IMG/VR virus record: IMGVR_UViG_3300009105_000005
Span: 54,265 to 74,264 of that record
Length of the DNA: 20,000 bases
From: an uncultured virus (IMG/VR IMGVR_UViG_3300009105_000005)
Taxonomy: Duplodnaviria > Heunggongvirae > Uroviricota > Caudoviricetes
Strand: one strand, 5' to 3'
Below are positions 14,262-20,000 of this stretch, piece by piece (position 1 is the first letter of the stretch; every line of letters starts with the position of its first letter). Both the position numbers and the translations under genes were made by a program. The notes beneath the pieces are model-generated. The model saw only the letters and a program-made list of their open reading frames with translations, made no database searches and was not told where the DNA came from.

Positions 14262-15399
14262 CAAGCTGGTAATAGATTTTCGGTGCACTTTACCAAACGA
14301 TCAGCGGGTAAGATGTGTCGAATATGAAGGTGACATCACTAAAAAGAATCAGGCCAGGGTTAAGTCCAAATGGAAGGCTATTGAATACCATGTTAAAACC
14401 GGTACGTTCGACTATCTTAAATTTTTCCCCAACGGCTCAAAGGCCAAACATTTCCAAAAAACGGTAACCGATATTACCCTTTCCGAAGTATTCGAAATAT
14501 GGTTATCCCAAAAGACTATAACGTTTGGAACGCAAAGAAACTATGAACGCCATTTTACTAATCATATAGAGCCGTACTTTGGCGGTTGGTCCATCGGGAA
14601 CATTGAAGAACATGATGTCTTGGTTTTTAGAAAATTATTACAGGGAAAAAATTTATCAGAGTCAACTGTCAATCAGTATATGATAACGCTTTGCATGGTG
14701 CTGTTGTTTGCCACGAAACGAAAACTAATACCTGAATACCCTTGTGCAGGAATCGGCAAACTGGATGAACGCCCTTCTGAAATAGATCCTTTTTCGTTTG
14801 AAGAACTAAAGTACTGGCTTAGTTATCTTGAAAAATATCCCAACTGGCGGGATCTAATTATATTTTGGTCAAGGACCGGATTGAGGCCGGGAGAACTATA
14901 TGCTTTAAAATGGGAGCATATAGATTATTTCAACCGTAAAACTCTTATAAGGGAAAACCGTCGACAGAACGGCTCAACCGGATTACCCAAGACAAAATCG
15001 TCCATCCGTGATGTTGATCTTAAACCGATTGCAATTGATGCCTTGCACCGTCAGGAAGCCAGAACCGGATTAATGGGTAAGTTTGTTTGGTTAACTCATA
15101 CAAACCGACAATGGACGGTTTGTACCATGCGCCAGAAATGGAGGCATTATCTGAGGTTGGCCGGATTGAAATACAGGCCACAAAAGCAAATGCGCCACAC
15201 TTTTGCTACACTCCATATTGCAGCTGGGGAATCGATCACATGGGTATCAAAGATGCTCGGCCATACAGATGTGGAAACCACGTTAAAAAGATATAATCGC
15301 TTTATTCCGAATTTGACCAGAGATGACGGATCGGCTTTTGAAAGGGTGATGGATAAAGAAAAAAGGAACGAAAAAAAGGACGAAAAACCTGTCTCATAA
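14239..15399 (+). CDS. int: Tyrosine recombinase / phage integrase
   Basis: N-terminal arm-binding-like region (FDYLKFFP), TGLRPGEL, PKT, QMRHTFA, LGH and RY catalytic motifs. Confidence 0.95.
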   Translation: MAVGRRGDKLVIDFRCTLPNDQRVRCVEYEGDITKKNQARVKSKWKAIEYHVKTGTFDYLKFFPNGSKAKHFQKTVTDITLSEVFEIWLSQKTITFGTQRNYERHFTNHIEPYFGGWSIGNIEEHDVLVFRKLLQGKNLSESTVNQYMITLCMVLLFATKRKLIPEYPCAGIGKLDERPSEIDPFSFEELKYWLSYLEKYPNWRDLIIFWSRTGLRPGELYALKWEHIDYFNRKTLIRENRRQNGSTGLPKTKSSIRDVDLKPIAIDALHRQEARTGLMGKFVWLTHTNRQWTVCTMRQKWRHYLRLAGLKYRPQKQMRHTFATLHIAAGESITWVSKMLGHTDVETTLKRYNRFIPNLTRDDGSAFERVMDKEKRNEKKDEKPVS

Positions 15400-15404
15400 A
15401 GTCC

Positions 15405-15478
15405 AAATTGGTAATAATTTGGTAATGTGCCTTTGTAAGTGATTGATATTATTCATGGCGTGTATTAGCCCCTATAAT
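15405..15478. other. Putative attachment junction (attL/attR)
   Basis: Tandem 11-mers AAATTGGTAAT/AATTTGGTAAT (15405-15426), an exact IHF consensus YAA-N4-TTGATW (TAAGTGATTGATA, 15436-15448), and ATTA-7 bp-TAAT (15464-15478) inside the last radC codons. Confidence 0.6.
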
Positions 15479-16114
15479 CAAATGCTCATGAACCGTAATT
15501 CCCACCACCCTGCAAGCAAATATAAGCCGGCGCGTAATGCCGATATCTTCTTGGGACGGCTGGGGATCACCCGAAGGGTGGTTGTGGGCAAATATGAGGG
15601 CGGCGGCATGATGATTCAAGGCCGCGATGACCACTTCCCGCGGGTAAACAGAGCTTGCCGTCAAAGTCCCCTCAAAAAGGGTTTCAGAAGTAATAACCCG
15701 GTTTTTAGCATCCAGAAAAATAACATTGAAGCATTCCCGATTCTTATCTCTTATACTATGGTAGAGGTAATCGAACAGGGCTTGCGAGTTGTTCAAGGGA
15801 TCTTTTTCAATCAATTTCTGCTTTAGATACCGATCACCAACAGCCTTTATCAGCTTGACGCCCAGCAGATTTTTGGGCCCGATCCCTTCAACTTCGCAAA
15901 GCTCTTGGGGAGAGGCCTCCAGTACCCCCTGCAGTGTTTTAAAGCGCCGCAAAGCAGCCTTGGCCGCAGACTTACAGTCTTTGCGCGGAGTGACAAGGGT
16001 CAATAGGAGTTCAACCACTTCATAATCATGAAATCCTGACAAACCCGATTTAAGAAACCGTTCTCGCAGACGCTGGCGGTGACCTTCACCTTTATGTGGT
16101 TTGCTTGCGGTCAT
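15449..16114 (-). CDS. radC: RadC (JAB/MPN domain) protein, C-terminal tail probably replaced by prophage sequence
   Basis: GHRQRLRERF, a HhH motif (VEGIG), VYPREV, AHNHPSGDPQPSQED. Ends HLIIGANTRHE* without the usual Y/FxSF tail. Confidence 0.92.
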   Translation of the reverse strand: MTASKPHKGEGHRQRLRERFLKSGLSGFHDYEVVELLLTLVTPRKDCKSAAKAALRRFKTLQGVLEASPQELCEVEGIGPKNLLGVKLIKAVGDRYLKQKLIEKDPLNNSQALFDYLYHSIRDKNRECFNVIFLDAKNRVITSETLFEGTLTASSVYPREVVIAALNHHAAALIFAHNHPSGDPQPSQEDIGITRRLIFACRVVGITVHEHLIIGANTRHE

Positions 16115-16496
16115 AGATAACTGGTTACTCGTTGCTGGTTGCTCGTTAAGTTAAGCCTGCTGGTGATAAAATGTAAAAAATCTGGCTGCCTGAGTCCCGC
16201 TTTCAGCAGGATGAGCCTTAATAAAAAACAGTACTTAAGACAATTAATCTATAAAAATAGTAACTTCTCAGTAACTTCGGGAAAAAGGGCTTCAGGGTTT
16301 TGCTGCAAGAAGATATCCTGGTCGTCTGCCAGGGTATATCACGGTGACCCAATATTTATGATTGCTGCGAAAACATTTTACAACTTCTCGAAAACTTTGA
16401 CAAATCACAAATATTGGGGCGCCCTTTTATAGCGTTGTTGATATCGCCTTGCAGTAAAATCTTGAAGCCCGGCGTTTTTCCAAACCAATGCAGCGC

Positions 16497-17537
16497 CTAA
16501 TATTCATCCAGCTCGTCTTTAAGATCACGGGTCATCAAGCGGCGCGCGGCTTCGATGGGTGCAATATCTTCATATAGGATGTGGTATACCTCATGGGCAA
16601 TGGGCATCTCAACCCCAAGCTTGCGTGACAAATTGTAAACGGACTTGGCGGTCTTGACTCCCTCTGCGACCATATGCATTTCAGACAAGATATCCTTTAG
16701 CTGCATGCCCGCACCGATCTTTTTCCCCAAAGTGTGATTTCTGCTAAGATCGCCGGTGCAGGTCAGTACTAAATCCCCGACACCGGTAAGTCCTGTAAAA
16801 GTACGGGGGTTGGCGCCAAGCTCAATACCCAGCCGGCGAATCTCTACAAGACCTCTCGTAATCAGGGCGGCCCTGGTGTTTAATCCCAGCCCAAGACCGT
16901 CAATAATGCCGGCGGCAATCGCTATTACGTTCTTGACGGCACTTCCCAGTTCAACTCCGATAACGTCATCACTGGTATAGACTCTGAAGTAATCCGTGGC
17001 AAAAACATGTTGCACAGTTCTGGCGACCTGGGGATCTTTTGATGCCGCAGTAACAACGGTAGGAAATTTTTTAGAAACTTCCTGGGCAAAACTCGGACCC
17101 GAAAGGACTGCAAAGGCGTTTTCAGGAATTGCGGGCAGGACCTCTTGCAACACACCGGTCATGGTCAAATGGGTTTGGTTCTCAATGCCTTTGGAAGCCG
17201 AAACCACCATCGTTTTATTTGAAAGATGACCGGACATTTTATGCGCGGTTTCCCGCATTACGTGTGACGGAACTACAATCAGTACAAGTTCTTTGCCCTT
17301 GACAACCCGGGCCATATCATTGGATGGGAACAAATTGTCGGAAAGGGAAAAACCGGGAAGAAACACCTTGTTTTCTCTATATGTCTCAATTTGGTCTTTG
17401 ACTTCCTTTTCAAATACCCACAAGTCGATCTTGTAGCCTTTCAAAGCCAGAAGATTGGCAAGAGAAGTTCCCCAGCTTCCGGCTCCCACAACACCGATTT
17501 TAATATCCTTTGCATTAATCTGATCTTTCATCCGCAA
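16497..17537 (-). CDS. gpsA: NAD(P)H-dependent glycerol-3-phosphate dehydrogenase
   Basis: GAGSWGT, SKGIE, LSGPSFA, KNVIAIAAG, GDLVLTC, SRN and AEGV motifs. Confidence 0.97.
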   Translation of the reverse strand: MRMKDQINAKDIKIGVVGAGSWGTSLANLLALKGYKIDLWVFEKEVKDQIETYRENKVFLPGFSLSDNLFPSNDMARVVKGKELVLIVVPSHVMRETAHKMSGHLSNKTMVVSASKGIENQTHLTMTGVLQEVLPAIPENAFAVLSGPSFAQEVSKKFPTVVTAASKDPQVARTVQHVFATDYFRVYTSDDVIGVELGSAVKNVIAIAAGIIDGLGLGLNTRAALITRGLVEIRRLGIELGANPRTFTGLTGVGDLVLTCTGDLSRNHTLGKKIGAGMQLKDILSEMHMVAEGVKTAKSVYNLSRKLGVEMPIAHEVYHILYEDIAPIEAARRLMTRDLKDELDEY

Positions 17538-17543
17538 CTTACC

Positions 17544-19988
17544 TTATGATGTGCTGACATCATCCTCCTTCTCCGCAAGTCTGGCAACACCGACAACCCT
17601 TTCTTCAGCCATCATCCCGATCAGTTTTACGCCCTGGGTATTGCGGCTTATTACCGAAATATTCTTAATAGCCATTCGGATGAGCTTGCCACTGTCCGTC
17701 ATCACCATTAAATCATCATCATCATCAACAAGCAGCATGCCGACAACCTGCCCGTTGCGCTCGGTAGTTTTAATCGTAATAACGCCTTTGCCGCCGCGGT
17801 TACGGAGAGGATACTCATCAATAGACGTTCGCTTGCCGAAACCATTCTCCGTAGCCGTGAACAGGGTCTGGCCATGACTTAACACCTCCATGCCCACAAT
17901 ACGGTCATCAGGAGCGAGCCGCAGTCCAAAAACTCCTCTGGCGATACGGCCACTGGGACGCACATTCGACTCGTGAAAACGTATCGATTTGCCCATGGCC
18001 GAACATAAAAAAACATTCCAGGTGCCGTCGGTAATCCTGGCAGCGATCAGTTCGTCGCCAGGCATCAGTTTCAAGGCAATAATACCGCCTGCTCTGGGCC
18101 TGCTGAAGGCCATAATATCCGTCTTTTTAACCAGTCCGTTGCGGGTCGCCATAATAATATGGTAGCCTGGTTCAAAGGATTCCACCGGCAACACCGTCGT
18201 CAGCCTTTCATCCTTGCCAAAGTTAAGCAGGTTGACGATCGCTTTGCCGCGGCTCTGACGCCCGGCCTGCGGGATTTCATACACCTTGCACCAGTAAACC
18301 TTTCCCAGATTCGTAAAAAACAGAAAGGTATGATGGGTGGAAGCAACAAAGAGATGGCTGACAAAATCTTCCTCTTTTACGCCCATAGCGGTCTTGCCTC
18401 TACCGCCACGTTGCTGGCTCCGGTAAAGGGTAATCGGGTTACGCTTGATATAACCGGTATTGGAAATACTAACCACCATGTCCTCTTCAACAATCATATC
18501 TTCAATGGTGATTTCTTTGGTAGCTTCTACGATCTCGGTCCGGCGCCGGTCTCCGAACTCTTGTTGTAATTCGGCAAGTTCATCCTTGATTATATTTTTG
18601 ACCAGACGCTCGCTGCCGAGAATTTCCTTATACCAGTTGATATCTTTAAGAATACGCTTGTATTCTTCGATTATTTTTTCCTGCTCAAGGCCGGTAAGGC
18701 GCTGCAAACGCATATCCAATATGGCCTGGGCTTGGATCATGGTCAAAGCGAATGTCTGGGTCAAGCGTGTTCTGGCTTCTTCCGGCAATTTTGATTCCCG
18801 AATCATGGAAACTACATCATCAATATTATTAAGGGCGGTTTTCAAGCCTTCCAGAATATGAGCCCGCGCTTCGGCTTTCTTTAAGTCATACCGCACCCGC
18901 CGAATAATAATTTCCTTGCGGTGCAGGATGAAATATTCGAGAATCTCTTTTAAAGTTAAAAGCTGGGGTTGATTGTCTACAACTGCAAGAAAAATGATGC
19001 CGAAGCTGTTCTCCATCTGCGTGTGCTTGTAAAGCTGATTGATAATTACTTCGGCAATCTGATCTTTTTTCAGGCCCAGTGCGATCCGCATGCCTTCCCT
19101 GTCGGATTCATCTCTTATATATCTGATCCCCTCGATCTGTTTGTTTCGCATAAGGCCCGCAATCTTTTCGATAAGCCTGGCTTTGTTGACCTGATAGGGA
19201 AGTTCGGTAACAATGATGGTCTCTCGTTTGGTTCTTTTGTCTTTTTCAATGATCACCCTGGCCCGTATCCGGATTATCCCGCGCCCGTTCTGATAGGCTT
19301 CATGGATTCCTTTGGTTCCGTAAACCATGGCGCCGGTAGGAAAGTCAGGCCCCGGAATGTAATTCATGATATCCTGCCAAGTAAGACCGGGATTGTCGAT
19401 GATGGCCTTGATGGCCTCAATCACTTCCGATAGATTATGAGGTGGGATGTTGGTTGCCATGCCGACGGCAATACCGGAAGAGCCGTTGACGATAAGATTA
19501 GGCACTCTGGCCGGAAGCACCGTAGGCTCTGTTAACGATTCATCATAATTTGCTGCAAGATCAACGGTTTCCTTATCCAGATCCTCCAACATCTGATGGG
19601 CCAAAGGCATCATTCTGATCTCGGTATACCGCATGGCAGCAGGCGGATCACCATCGATGGAACCAAAATTACCCTGACCGTCTACAAGGGGATACCTCAG
19701 AGAAAAATCCTGGGCCATCCGCACGATAGTATCATAAACGGCCGTGTCGCCATGGGGGTGGTACTTTCCGATAACATCACCCACGATACGGGCAGATTTC
19801 TTATAGGCCTTGTTCCAATCGTTTCTGAGTTCGCGCATGGCAAACAGGACCCGACGATGGACCGGCTTAAGGCCGTCTCGCACCTCCGGCAAAGCTCTGC
19901 CAATGATCACGCTCATGGCATAATCGAGATACGATTTTTTCATTTCGCTTTCGATGCTGATGTCGGGCATTTTCTCTGTATACTTCAT
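17544..19988 (-). CDS. gyrA: DNA gyrase subunit A
   Basis: [23 protein letters not shown] (catalytic Tyr), GyrA-box QQRGGRG, C-terminal pinwheel repeats. Confidence 0.98.
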   Translation of the reverse strand: MKYTEKMPDISIESEMKKSYLDYAMSVIIGRALPEVRDGLKPVHRRVLFAMRELRNDWNKAYKKSARIVGDVIGKYHPHGDTAVYDTIVRMAQDFSLRYPLVDGQGNFGSIDGDPPAAMRYTEIRMMPLAHQMLEDLDKETVDLAANYDESLTEPTVLPARVPNLIVNGSSGIAVGMATNIPPHNLSEVIEAIKAIIDNPGLTWQDIMNYIPGPDFPTGAMVYGTKGIHEAYQNGRGIIRIRARVIIEKDKRTKRETIIVTELPYQVNKARLIEKIAGLMRNKQIEGIRYIRDESDREGMRIALGLKKDQIAEVIINQLYKHTQMENSFGIIFLAVVDNQPQLLTLKEILEYFILHRKEIIIRRVRYDLKKAEARAHILEGLKTALNNIDDVVSMIRESKLPEEARTRLTQTFALTMIQAQAILDMRLQRLTGLEQEKIIEEYKRILKDINWYKEILGSERLVKNIIKDELAELQQEFGDRRRTEIVEATKEITIEDMIVEEDMVVSISNTGYIKRNPITLYRSQQRGGRGKTAMGVKEEDFVSHLFVASTHHTFLFFTNLGKVYWCKVYEIPQAGRQSRGKAIVNLLNFGKDERLTTVLPVESFEPGYHIIMATRNGLVKKTDIMAFSRPRAGGIIALKLMPGDELIAARITDGTWNVFLCSAMGKSIRFHESNVRPSGRIARGVFGLRLAPDDRIVGMEVLSHGQTLFTATENGFGKRTSIDEYPLRNRGGKGVITIKTTERNGQVVGMLLVDDDDDLMVMTDSGKLIRMAIKNISVISRNTQGVKLIGMMAEERVVGVARLAEKEDDVSTS

Positions 19989-20000
19989 ATTAACACCTAT

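Larger units (their letters stand above)
1..15478. mobile_element. Prophage (integrase-proximal end; continues past the left edge of the window), apparently integrated in the 3' end of radC
   Basis: Tyrosine integrase and xis at the boundary, XRE repressor with divergent promoters, dense co-oriented small ORFs, helicase, nuclease, ligase and two tRNAs. Abrupt switch to housekeeping genes after about 15480. The right boundary is inferred from att-like motifs. Confidence 0.9.

Noticed and set aside
16139..16432. 97-aa ORF and weak hairpin between radC and gpsA
   Set aside because: No RBS or protein motif. Probably non-coding host intergenic DNA; no second copy of the hairpin in the window.
1..20000. 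CRISPR array, reverse transcriptase/DGR/retron, or IS element
   Set aside because: No regularly spaced repeats, RT motifs or transposase seen by eye. The PD-(D/E)XK nuclease lacks the Cas4 Cys cluster.

Overview
Positions 1 to about 15478 are one end of a temperate prophage; the rest of it lies beyond the left edge. It appears to be integrated into the 3' end of the host radC gene. The remainder is host chromosome (radC, gpsA, gyrA, all on the minus strand); the host looks like a Desulfobacterota/deltaproteobacterium, which is inference only. The prophage has three parts. (1) A long leftward early operon: SNF2 helicase, MazG-like protein, sigma70 region-4-like protein, PD-(D/E)XK nuclease, ATP-dependent DNA ligase, tRNA-Gly(TCC), an atypical tRNA-Tyr(GTA) and many small ORFs. 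(2) An immunity switch: a short XRE repressor and a divergent RHH gene, with TTCTTACT-N3-AGTAAGAA operators. (3) An AT-rich PAS-PAS-LuxR gene plus a 45-aa ORF, then xis-int behind a structured leader and a strong terminator. The most unusual signals are two apparently homologous 124-130 nt intergenic structured RNAs that end in an acceptor-like stem plus UCCA but are not tRNAs, and a sensor-regulator/small-ORF module beside a repressor that lacks a self-cleavage domain.
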